A stretch of 64,000 nt of DNA from an uncultured Thermoleophilia bacterium (GTDB lineage: Bacteria > Actinomycetota > Thermoleophilia > UBA2241). The stretch is taken from the NCBI GenBank assembly GCA_963700035.1, contig CAVOWE010000019.1, positions 18,561 through 82,560 on the forward strand. The letters are read 5' to 3'. Each line of letters opens with the position of its first letter. Position 1 is the stretch's first letter. The notes below the pieces were generated by a model. That model made no database searches. It was not told the DNA's origin and saw only the letters and a list, made by a program, of their open reading frames with translations. The position numbers were made by a program, and so were the translations under genes. Below, piece after piece: positions 20,894-29,051 of this stretch.

Positions 20894-21406
20894 ATGAGCC
20901 GAGCATTCGTCAAGGAGCCCGATGAGGGGGCGCCCGACGAGGGCCTCCCCGAGCGGCATATCAGCGACCACCCCAACTACGTGACGCCCGCCGGCCTGCG
21001 TCAGCTCGAGCGGAAGGTCGGCGAGCTGGAGGCGCGGCGCCTCGAGCTGCTCGCCGCTGCAGAAGACGACGATGCCCTGGCGCAGGGCCAGATCGACTTC
21101 GTCGACCGCGACCTGCGCTACTTCACCCGGCGCTTCGAGACGGCGATCCTCGTGGACCCACGGCGTCAGCCGCGGAGGATGGTGAAGTTCGGCGCCGCCG
21201 TGACCGTCGGCGAGCAGGGCGGCGTCAGCCGCACGTTCACGATCGTCGGCGAGGACGAGGCAGACGTCCAGGCCGGCAAGATCAGCTACGTCTCGCCGCT
21301 CGCCGAGGCGCTGCTCGAGGCGCGCGTGGGCGCCACCGTGCTCTGGCGCCGCCCGGCGGGCAACCGCGACCTCACCATCGAGGCGATCGCCTACCCGGAG
21401 GAGTGA
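20894..21406 (+). CDS. GreA/GreB-family transcription factor homologue
   Basis: 170 aa. Coiled-coil N-terminal half (LRQLERKVGELEARRLELL) and a C-terminal FKBP-like motif (ISYVSPLAEALLEARVGATV). Confidence 0.7.
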   Translation: MSRAFVKEPDEGAPDEGLPERHISDHPNYVTPAGLRQLERKVGELEARRLELLAAAEDDDALAQGQIDFVDRDLRYFTRRFETAILVDPRRQPRRMVKFGAAVTVGEQGGVSRTFTIVGEDEADVQAGKISYVSPLAEALLEARVGATVLWRRPAGNRDLTIEAIAYPEE

Positions 21407-21561
21407 GGCGGCAGGCCGAGCCTCGGCCCCACACATCGTCACCGCACGGGCGGGGCCAACGTCATCCTCCCATCTCAGTCCAGGCCGTGTGCCCCGTGCC
21501 GGCCAGCCGCTATCCTTGAGCGCAATGGCTCCCGTTCCCCGGCACGCTGCCTCGTCGGCAC

Positions 21562-21596
21562 TTGACACCCATCGGTCTGATGACCAGTATGGTCAT
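21562..21596 (+). promoter_or_regulatory. Candidate promoter and operator of the toxin-antitoxin operon (possibly leaderless)
   Basis: TTGACA (21562-21567), 17 nt, CAGTAT (21585-21590), 6 nt, then ATG 21597. A perfect palindrome TGACCA-GTA-TGGTCA (21581-21595) overlaps the -10 box. Confidence 0.35.
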
Positions 21597-21878
21597 ATGA
21601 TTGTGACCACGATTGCCACCCTGAAGGCATCACTCAGCGAGCTCCTCGCAGGCGTCAAGGCCGGCGAGGAAGTGATCGTCACCGACCGCGGCCGACCCGT
21701 GGCGCGCATCGTGCCGTACGCCCCGGGCGGCACCGAGCTCGACGACCTCGTACGCGCGGGTCAGGTCAGGCGCTCGCGCGGCAGCCTGCCGCCGGGCTTC
21801 TGGGAGCAGCCGAGGCCGGCCGACCCCGAAGGGCTGTTGCTGGGGGCACTTCTGGACGAGCGCGAGACCTCCCGTTGA
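21597..21878 (+). CDS. Type II antitoxin, Phd/YefM family
   Basis: MIVTTIATLKASLSELLAGVKAGEEVIVTDRGRPVARIVP is the classic Phd/YefM N-terminus. Its stop overlaps the toxin start. Confidence 0.8.
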   Translation: MIVTTIATLKASLSELLAGVKAGEEVIVTDRGRPVARIVPYAPGGTELDDLVRAGQVRRSRGSLPPGFWEQPRPADPEGLLLGALLDERETSR

Positions 21879-22306
21879 GATTCTGGGACTCCTCGGCCCT
21901 GATTCCTCTCTTCGTTCGCGAAGCGCACTCCCCCGGCCTGGAGTCGCTGGCGGCCGACGACCCCGACATGATGGTCTGGTGGGCCAGCCCGGTGGAGTGC
22001 GGGAGCGCCGTGCACCGCCTGCGGCGTGAGGGCGTCTTCACCACCGCAGAGGCCGCCCAGGTACTCACCCGGCTCGCCGGCGCACTCGAAGCCGCCAACG
22101 TCGTGCAGCCCGGCGACGAGCTCTGCGCCAGGGCGCTCCGCCTGCTCGGCGTCCATCCGCTGCGGGCCGCGGACGCCCTGCAGCTCGCCGCCGCCCTGCT
22201 TTGGGCGCGGGAGAAGCCCGGGGGCAGGGACTTCATCTGCCTCGACGAGCGGCTCAGGACCGCCGCCGTCCTCGAGGGCTTCGCCGTGCTCCCTGAGGGT
22301 GTCTGA
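21875..22306 (+). CDS. vapC: Type II toxin VapC (PIN-domain ribonuclease)
   Basis: (M)RFWDSSALIPLF carries the first PIN acidic residue. LRAADALQLAAAL and FICLDERL carry the later ones. TTG start overlaps the antitoxin stop by 4 nt. Confidence 0.8.
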   Translation: MRFWDSSALIPLFVREAHSPGLESLAADDPDMMVWWASPVECGSAVHRLRREGVFTTAEAAQVLTRLAGALEAANVVQPGDELCARALRLLGVHPLRAADALQLAAALLWAREKPGGRDFICLDERLRTAAVLEGFAVLPEGV

Positions 22307-22357
22307 GCGCGGGATCCGGCGCCGCATCCGGCCGGCGCGTGGGCGAAGAAGATGCAC

Positions 22358-22455
22358 TGGCGGAGCGACATGGGAGTCGAACCCACCCAGGACAGGATCA
22401 CTGCCCCGCAGACGGTTTTGAAGACCGCGGTGGTCACCGGACCACGAGCCGCTCC
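22358..22455 (-). tRNA. selC: tRNA-Sec (anticodon UCA)
   Basis: Reverse complement: GGAGCGGC-TC-GTGGTC-CGGT-GACCAC-C-GCGGT-CTTCAAA-ACCGT-C..GGGCAG-TGATC-CTGTCC..GTGGG-TTCGACT-CCCAT-GTCGCTCC-G-CCA. Features: 8-bp acceptor stem, 6-bp D stem with 4-nt loop, UCA anticodon, long 6-bp variable arm, 5-bp T stem, encoded CCA. This is the bacterial 8/5 tRNA-Sec fold. Confidence 0.9.
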
Positions 22456-22575
22456 GCGCGCCCCCATCTTCGCACGCCGGCCGCCGGCGGTCATCCGCGC
22501 GGAGCGCGTCAGGCGCCCCGTGCCGAGGACGGCGGCTGCCGCGCGGCACGGGGCGCGTCACGGAGGTCTCGCGGC

Positions 22576-23874
22576 CTACTTCGCCAGGTCGATCAGGGTC
22601 TTGCGGTCCTGGGCGAGCTTGTACTCGGACTCCATCTCGAGGAAGCCGCCGGGGAACTCGTAGGCCGGCATGAGGGCCACGTAGTCGTCGGCGTTGAAGG
22701 CCTCGGGGTTGTGCACGCCGCTCTTGGGGTCGCCCGGCTTGCTGCCGAGGCTGCCCTTGGCGAGGAGCTCGATGGTGATGACCGGCGTGAAGGCGGTCTG
22801 GGCGACGACGACCTGGGTGCCGTACTTCTCCACGCACTCCTTGTTGTCGGCGACCTGGTACAGGTACACCTTGCGCTCCTTGCCGTCCTTCTTGCCCGTC
22901 ACGTAGGTGCCGGCCGCGGTCTGGCCGACGTACTGCTTGCCGATCTCGTTGGGGTCGGGGGCGGCGGCGGCGATGACGTCGCGCGGGGCGACCATGACGT
23001 CGCCGACCTTGATCTTCTCGGCCTTGTCGATGTTCACCGAGCGGAAGATCTCCATGGCCTGCATGAACTCGTCGCCGAGGGCGTACTTGAAGGTGGCCTT
23101 CTTGACGCCCTTGAGGCGGTCGGCGTTGTGGGCGATCTGGATGACCTCTTCGTGCTCGACGTGGCCGACCTCGACCTCGCCGATGCCCTCGGGCAGCCAG
23201 AACTTCTCGAGCTCGGCGAACGGCTCGATGGTGTGGACTTCGCCGTTCTCGTAGACGATCGCCGGGTTGTTGCACTCCTCGATCGTCGTCCACACGCTGA
23301 ACCCGAAGCTGATGCCCTTGGCGCCGGGGATCTCGAGGTTGCTGCCGTCGCGGATGCCGATCTCGTCGATCTCGTCGAAGAGGTGGTCGGCGGCGTAGCG
23401 CGCGAAGTAGTCGGCCATGCCGGGCTCGACGCCGAAGCCGGCGAGCGCGTACTTGCCGATCTTCTCGAACTCGGGGCTGAGCGCGTACTCCGCGTCACCG
23501 AGCTTCACGCCGCACTTGTGCATGGGGTCGGTCGGGTGCGGCTCGGACAGTGTCATGGCGGTGTCGAGGTAATGGACCTTCGCCTTGAGGGCGGCCTGCA
23601 GCAGCGGCGGGTTGAAGTTCGGGGCGCACAGGTTCATGAGGATGTCGACGCCGTGCTTCGTGGCCAGGGCAGCCACGGCGTCGGCGTCGCCGGCGTCGAC
23701 CTGCTCGGCGACGAAACGCGGATCGCCGAGCGAGGCGACGAAATCGGCGGCGCGCTCGCCGTCGTAGTCGGCCATGACCATCTTCTCGAGCCACTCACCC
23801 TTGGGGTCGCGGCGCTTGGCGATCGCGGCGATGGACTGGCCCACACCACCGGTGCCGACAACGAGAGCCTTCAT
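22576..23874 (-). CDS. Saccharopine dehydrogenase / carboxynorspermidine dehydrogenase-family NAD(P) oxidoreductase
   Basis: 432 aa. Rossmann N-terminus MKALVVGTGGVGQSIA. Length and layout fit the Sacchrp_dh N+C domains. Strong RBS AAGGAGAAGGAA. Confidence 0.7.
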   Translation of the reverse strand: MKALVVGTGGVGQSIAAIAKRRDPKGEWLEKMVMADYDGERAADFVASLGDPRFVAEQVDAGDADAVAALATKHGVDILMNLCAPNFNPPLLQAALKAKVHYLDTAMTLSEPHPTDPMHKCGVKLGDAEYALSPEFEKIGKYALAGFGVEPGMADYFARYAADHLFDEIDEIGIRDGSNLEIPGAKGISFGFSVWTTIEECNNPAIVYENGEVHTIEPFAELEKFWLPEGIGEVEVGHVEHEEVIQIAHNADRLKGVKKATFKYALGDEFMQAMEIFRSVNIDKAEKIKVGDVMVAPRDVIAAAAPDPNEIGKQYVGQTAAGTYVTGKKDGKERKVYLYQVADNKECVEKYGTQVVVAQTAFTPVITIELLAKGSLGSKPGDPKSGVHNPEAFNADDYVALMPAYEFPGGFLEMESEYKLAQDRKTLIDLAK

Positions 23875-24113
23875 GCTGTTCCTTCTCCTTGACGTGACGC
23901 GTTCGCGCCCGCGGCGAGTCGACCGAGATCCTCCACAGGCGTCCTGTGAGCCATATTGTATAACCTCTGAAACGGATTTCCAGTGTCAAGTTAGCGACAG
24001 TGGAGGTTTGTCAGGGCGCCTGCCGTGCCGCTGCCGCTTCTGGCCGGGTGGTGCATGGGCCAGTCGAAGGCGCCCTGGCGCCGATATACCACGCCTCGCC
24101 GGCACGGCCTGAC

Positions 24114-24330
24114 TCAGGAGACAGTCGTGACCGATCTCATGACGTGGGGGAGCAAGTCGGCCGCGGCCTCCTTGATGATGCGTCCGATCTGCGCCGTCAC
24201 GTCGTCTGAGAGCGGCGTCGGGCGGTGCTCAGGTACGAGAGCACGACCTCACTGCGCGGATCTCGCTGCGGGTCATGTGCACCAGTTCGCCCTCACCCAT
24301 GCGTGCAGGAACCCGACGCCCCGAATCCAT
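24114..24330 (-). CDS. Possible small (about 71 aa) hypothetical protein downstream of the MttB-like gene; frame broken once as assembled
   Basis: GGGAGG, 6 nt, then ATG 24330 gives MDSGRRVPARMGEGELVHMTRSEIRAV. After a +1 shift near 24250 it reads GRALVPEHRPTPLSDDVTAQIGRIIKEAAADLLPHVMRSVTTVS*. 217-1=216 nt. No family recognised. Confidence 0.3.
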
Positions 24331-24406
24331 TCAGTGCCTCCCGCCCGCCTTCAACGCGAAGCCACGGCTGCGCGGCAGGTGAGCAGCATTCCGTGATCCC
24401 TGCCAG

Positions 24407-25834
24407 TCACGCCGTCGTAGCCCGGTACTTCTCGATGGCTGAGTCTATGAGCCGTTCGACTTCTTCCGGCAACGGCTCGACGTGATGCCCGGCGAGGATC
24501 TCACGAGCACGCGTGGCGGCGTCCGCGATCAGCGCTGAATCGACGCTGCTCCCACAACGCTCGCGCTGGAAGACCCGCGGCTGGAAGAGCTCGCCGGACC
24601 GCGCCCTCGACCGCGTACTGTCGCGTCCGAGAAAGTGCCCACCGGGGCCGACCGCGGCGATGTCGCCCAAGAGAGCGGCCGCCTCATCGACGGGCACGCC
24701 GCCCATGAAGCCATGCAGCAGCCCGATGGCGTCGGCATCGAGGACCGCCTTGGCCGGGGAGAAGACGCGACTGCCGTTGAAGAACGCACTTGCGACAAGC
24801 CCGTCGGCGCCGGCGAGCACCACGGACAGCCAGAGGAGCATGCCCTCGGCACCGGCCTGGAAGTTGACGCCTTTGGCGTCGGTGGTGCTGCCACTGCCGA
24901 TCGTGGGGAGACCGTAGAAGCGGCTCATCTCGACGCACACGAGGTTGGCGAGAGCGACCTCCGGCGCTCCGCCCAGATACTGGCCGGTGCGCATGTCGGT
25001 GGCGGCGGGCATCGGTTCGGCGACGAGCTGACACCCGGGATGCGCCAGCTGGAACAGCACCACCCCTGAGAGCAGCTCTGCCATGATGACGATGGACATG
25101 CCAAGGACGCTCAACGGCGCGGTCGATCCCATCTGCGGCATCGATGTGAGGCAGACCGTGGCGCCGCTCCTGACGAGATCGAGGCTCGCCTCTGTCACGT
25201 CCGGATCGTGCTGCAGCGGAGACACGGTGCAGTGGAGGAACGAGTAGATGGGACGCTCGAAGAGAGAGCAGCCCGCCACGCTTTCGAGCATGGCGACGAG
25301 GGTCGGCACCATGCGCGGCGTCTTGGGCGACACGCTCTGCAGGTGCTTGGACGACTCACGCAGCGCCACGGCATCGACCAGCAGAGGGGCCAGCAAGGGG
25401 TCGAGCGACGGCGCCGCGAGTGACGTCCAGAGGAAGTCGATCTCCGGCAAGGCGTCGTACAGGCGGCAGACGTCGCGCACGTCATCGACTGTCGCGTCAC
25501 GCACGACGCCCGTGGCATCGTCCGCGACGAGCGTGCCCTCGCCGTCCGCGCAGCACACCAGGCGATGCCCGCCCCCGAGGTCGATGTCGTGGGAGGAATC
25601 ACGGGCGGCGAGCAGCACCGTGCCCGGAGCCGAGCTCAGACAGTGCTTGACCAGCTGCCGCGGCAGACGAGCGACCTGACGCTCGCGGTCGACCGCGGCG
25701 CCGCCCTCGGCCAGCACGTCGAGGGCTCTCGTCGAAGGGATCGAGATGCCGACGTTCTCGAGCACCCACAGCGTCTTCTCGTGGATGAACGCGCGTTCGG
25801 TCTCACTCAGCACCGTGGTTGCAGGCCGCTCCAC
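24407..25834 (-). CDS. MttB-superfamily methyltransferase, non-pyrrolysine type (quaternary-amine:corrinoid methyltransferase-like)
   Basis: 475-aa uninterrupted ORF with GTG start. N-terminus LSETERAFIHEKTLWVLENVGISIPSTRALDVLAEGGA, with length and architecture typical of the trimethylamine methyltransferase family. No in-frame TAG. Confidence 0.8.
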   Translation of the reverse strand: MERPATTVLSETERAFIHEKTLWVLENVGISIPSTRALDVLAEGGAAVDRERQVARLPRQLVKHCLSSAPGTVLLAARDSSHDIDLGGGHRLVCCADGEGTLVADDATGVVRDATVDDVRDVCRLYDALPEIDFLWTSLAAPSLDPLLAPLLVDAVALRESSKHLQSVSPKTPRMVPTLVAMLESVAGCSLFERPIYSFLHCTVSPLQHDPDVTEASLDLVRSGATVCLTSMPQMGSTAPLSVLGMSIVIMAELLSGVVLFQLAHPGCQLVAEPMPAATDMRTGQYLGGAPEVALANLVCVEMSRFYGLPTIGSGSTTDAKGVNFQAGAEGMLLWLSVVLAGADGLVASAFFNGSRVFSPAKAVLDADAIGLLHGFMGGVPVDEAAALLGDIAAVGPGGHFLGRDSTRSRARSGELFQPRVFQRERCGSSVDSALIADAATRAREILAGHHVEPLPEEVERLIDSAIEKYRATTA

Positions 25835-26157
25835 GAACCACCCTCTTCCTGCGGCGACTCCTCGAGACTCGTCCAGCGGACCGCGAGCAGCACTCTCTGC
25901 GACGGCAGGCGGAATCCGACGCAGTCCCTATCCTCGTCACCGGCAGATCCTCTCGTCAAGGTCTCTCGGCCGATCGCGGCCGGCGGAGATCCCGAGCGGC
26001 GGCGCCACGCACGAGGCGCCAGCAGCCTGGATGATGCTCGCGCGGCGCGGCCTCCCAAGCTCCGCGCCCGAAGACCGCAGACACGGACGTTCTCATGTGG
26101 GCCGCAGTCGGGGGACCCGATGGCATCGACGCACGGGTGAGCCGATGTGGGCCAGAG

Positions 26158-27219
26158 TCAGGACGGCGGCAGGCGCCAGCCGACCGCCGTCTCCACGACG
26201 TCGCCGCGCATGACGTTGTAGAGCACGCACTCGGTGCCGGCCGCGTCGGCCACCGTCCTGGCCAGCGCCATGAGACCGGCCTGGTCGCCGGGTACGAGAG
26301 CCTCCAGGCGCTCGCGGATCGCCGCCAGGCGCGGGTCTTCCGCAGCGGGGGCCACGGAGCCGGCCGCAGGCGGCGCACAAGGCGCAGCCGCCTGGCCCGC
26401 CGGCCGGTCTCCGCCCCCCGCGCGCCCCACCAGGTCGAGGCCCACGATGCCGTCGCCGATGACGGCGTCGATCTGCCAGGCCAACGCCTTCTCCGGCTCG
26501 GCGGCGAGACGCGCCCTCACCTCGCCGCAGAACGGCGGCTTGAGGGCCACCTCCAGCGCCGCCGCGGCGGCGGCGCGGTCGTCGGCGTACATCCGCGAGA
26601 TGAACTCGTGGCCGACGAGCTCCTTCTCTGCCGCGCCGACGGCGCGGCAGAACGACGGGCTCACGAACGTCATGACGCCGTCGCGGTCGACCTCGACGAC
26701 GAAATCGGTCTGCGTGTCGGCCAGCAGTTGCAGGCTCTTGCGCAGGCGGCGGACCTCGTCGTGGTCGATGGTCTCCACGTCGGGCTTGCTGATGAACAGC
26801 AGGTAGGCCATCGCCCGGGGCTCGCCTCTCTCGGCGACCGGCCCCAGGGAGACGCGTACCCAGACCCGCTCGCCGTCAGGCCGGCCGAGATGCTCCTCGA
26901 AGATCTGCTCGCCCTCGCGGCGGAAGCCGCGGGCGCGGTCGGGCCACCCGGGCATCACGCTGGACCACTGTCGCCCCAGCAGATCGGTGCTCGCGCCGCC
27001 CACGAGCCTGACCAGCGGTGCGTTGAGGGCGATCGTCTTGCCGGCGTCTGAGACGACGGCCACGGGCTGCTCGAGCGGCAGGTGCGACAGCACCTCGAAC
27101 ACGATCTCGATACGCTGGCGGACGGCGTACGGGACCTGAGGCGCCATCCAGTATTCCAGCCCGAGCCCGTCCGGGGAGAGGCCCTGATCCTCCATCATCA
27201 TCTTCGCCCAATCGCTCAC
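26158..27219 (-). CDS. Sensor protein with two PAS-like domains and no recognisable output domain
   Basis: 353 aa. PAS-like blocks: VAVVSDAGKTIALNAPLVRLVGGASTDLLGRQW and DFVVEVDRDGVMTFVSPSFCRAVGAAEKELVGHEF. Confidence 0.6.
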   Translation of the reverse strand: MSDWAKMMMEDQGLSPDGLGLEYWMAPQVPYAVRQRIEIVFEVLSHLPLEQPVAVVSDAGKTIALNAPLVRLVGGASTDLLGRQWSSVMPGWPDRARGFRREGEQIFEEHLGRPDGERVWVRVSLGPVAERGEPRAMAYLLFISKPDVETIDHDEVRRLRKSLQLLADTQTDFVVEVDRDGVMTFVSPSFCRAVGAAEKELVGHEFISRMYADDRAAAAAALEVALKPPFCGEVRARLAAEPEKALAWQIDAVIGDGIVGLDLVGRAGGGDRPAGQAAAPCAPPAAGSVAPAAEDPRLAAIRERLEALVPGDQAGLMALARTVADAAGTECVLYNVMRGDVVETAVGWRLPPS

Positions 27220-27323
27220 CGTAGCCTCACAAGTCCGGGGCGGGGATGCCGCCTACTAAGAGAGTCGGCCGCACGCGTCCGGGGAGCGATGGTACGCACG
27301 TCTAGGGAAGGGGGAACGTGCGT

Positions 27324-28520
27324 CTACACGCCCACCTTGTACATCGTTCGTTCGCCCAGTCCGGTGACGACCTTGACGTACCCATGCAGCTCGGCGTCGA
27401 GGGCGGGCTCGCCGGTGTCGACGAGCAGCGGCCGGCCCTCCAGCGAAAGGAGCTTGGTCTGGGTGGCGATGACGGTGATCCCGGCCTGGCCCACGCGGCG
27501 GATCACGGCCGGGCTGATCTGCTGGTTGCCGCGACCGAAGATGTGACCCTGACCCCCGATCACGGTGACCACGATGTGCGCCTCGGGGTGCGTCTGCAGG
27601 AGTCGCAGCAGGCCCTCCTCGGTGAGGTCGCTGCCGGCGAGAGCCCCGCCCAGCACCGCGTCGACACCGAGCAGCGTCTTCTCGAGGCCGAGACGGGTCA
27701 TGATGGTGCGCGTGGTCGTGCCCGGGCCGAGGATGTACAGGGCGCCCGGCCTCATGTCGCGGATCACCTCGGTGGCGACGTCGTTGAGGGCGCGCTCTTC
27801 GCCGGCCACCCCGCCGGCCTTGGCGCTCTGCGTGAGCCCTCGGGCATACGGGACCGACAGGTAGCCGTACAGGTGCGCCGAGACGCGGTCCTCGCGAAAG
27901 GCCTCCTCGTCGATGTCCATGACCTCTCCCTCGCGCAGGCGCACGGCGGCCGGGCGTTCGTGGAGGAAGAGCGCCGCCACGTCGCCGGCGGCGGCCGGCG
28001 TCGTAGCATAGACGGCCGAGTGGATCTTGACGCCGGCGGGCACGCCGATCACGGGCACGCGCTGGCCGACGGCGCTGCACACGTTGCGTGCCGTGCCGTC
28101 GCCGCCGGCGAACAGGACGAGGTCCACGCCGGCGGCCACCAGCTCGCGGGCCGCCTGCTCGGTGTCGGCCGGGGACGTCAGCACGAACTCGCCGGCCGCG
28201 CCCAGCGCGGCCTCGTCGTGGCCCTGCTCGCGCTCCGCGGCGGCCCACGTGGGACGGCCGGAGAACGTGCCCAGCACGCGCGGCTCGAAACCGGCCGCGC
28301 GGGCCTCATCCGCGCCCATCTCGCCCGGCCAGGTGACGACCTCGACGTGGTCGCGCACGCGCGCCAGGCGCTCGAGCGCCAGCCGTGCGCGCCGCGGTGC
28401 GTCGCGCACGGCGCCCAGCTCGAGCGCCCGCCGCAGGATCTCCGCGCCGTCGCTCCCTTTGAGGCCGACCCGGCCGCCGACGCCGGCCACGGGATTCACG
28501 ATCAGGCCGAGCCTCTTCAC
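27324..28520 (-). CDS. ATP-NAD kinase-family protein (COG3199-like predicted kinase)
   Basis: 398 aa. (M)KRLGLIVNPVAGVGGRVGLKGSDG at the N-terminus, and FAGGDGTARNV (the GGDGT motif of NAD/diacylglycerol kinase-like folds). Confidence 0.6.
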   Translation of the reverse strand: MKRLGLIVNPVAGVGGRVGLKGSDGAEILRRALELGAVRDAPRRARLALERLARVRDHVEVVTWPGEMGADEARAAGFEPRVLGTFSGRPTWAAAEREQGHDEAALGAAGEFVLTSPADTEQAARELVAAGVDLVLFAGGDGTARNVCSAVGQRVPVIGVPAGVKIHSAVYATTPAAAGDVAALFLHERPAAVRLREGEVMDIDEEAFREDRVSAHLYGYLSVPYARGLTQSAKAGGVAGEERALNDVATEVIRDMRPGALYILGPGTTTRTIMTRLGLEKTLLGVDAVLGGALAGSDLTEEGLLRLLQTHPEAHIVVTVIGGQGHIFGRGNQQISPAVIRRVGQAGITVIATQTKLLSLEGRPLLVDTGEPALDAELHGYVKVVTGLGERTMYKVGV

Positions 28521-28530
28521 GCCGGCGCCC

Positions 28531-28992
28531 TCACGAGCGCTTCTTGCCGCCGCGCTTCTGGCGCCCGCTCCGCGAGCTGCCTCCCGCGCGCGCCGGCCCC
28601 GATCTGGAGACCGGCTGGGGCCTCATCACGGTGAAGAGGTAGATCGCCAGCGCCGGGGTCATCACGAGCAGCAGCCCCGGCGTCCCCGAGACGGCGCTGA
28701 GGACGATCGCGACGAGGAGGGCGACGAACACCAGCGAGTGGACCATGCGCACGCTGAAGGCGGTGATCCGGCGCCCGCGCATCCACAGGTCGAAGGAGTC
28801 GATCGTCATGGTGAGGGCCGCGACGGCCCCCAGCAGGAGCGACAGCACGACGAACGGCTGCCGCCAGCCGCCGAACTGGTCGCCGGTGGCATACGTGTAG
28901 GCCAGGCTGCCGCAGACGAGGGCCGTCATCAGCAGGATGGTGAGGCCCATGGAGCGCAGCACTCGCTGACCGACCGTGAGATCCTGACGCAT
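28531..28992 (-). CDS. Small hypothetical membrane protein (4 predicted TM helices, basic C-terminal tail)
   Basis: The internal ATG at 28992 gives MRQDLTVGQRVLRSMGLTILLMTALVCGSLAY..., followed by four hydrophobic segments and an RSGRQKRGGKKRS tail. Confidence 0.5.
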   Translation of the reverse strand: MRQDLTVGQRVLRSMGLTILLMTALVCGSLAYTYATGDQFGGWRQPFVVLSLLLGAVAALTMTIDSFDLWMRGRRITAFSVRMVHSLVFVALLVAIVLSAVSGTPGLLLVMTPALAIYLFTVMRPQPVSRSGPARAGGSSRSGRQKRGGKKRS

Positions 28993-29010
28993 GTGAGAGG
29001 TCCCCTCGTC

Positions 29011-29045
29011 GGGGGCGGGGCGGCGCCCGCGGCGCCGCCCCGCCC
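29011..29045 (-). other. 15-bp perfect GC hairpin in the 59-nt spacer between the GcvPB-like gene and the membrane-protein gene
   Basis: ggggcggggcggcgcc-cgc-ggcgccgccccgccc. No U-tract, so it is more likely an attenuator or mRNA-stability element than a canonical terminator. Confidence 0.3.
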
Positions 29046-29051
29046 GTCGGT

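Noticed and set aside
22306-22576. Genomic island inserted at tRNA-Sec.
   Set aside because: The TA pair lies next to the tRNA 3' end, but there is no integrase, no visible duplicated tRNA 3' fragment and no compositional break.
25835-26157. Cobalamin riboswitch or other leader RNA upstream of the MttB-like gene.
   Set aside because: The 320-nt leader has no B12-box (GCCACUG-type) or other riboswitch core that I could recognise. It has only weak promoter-like hexamers.
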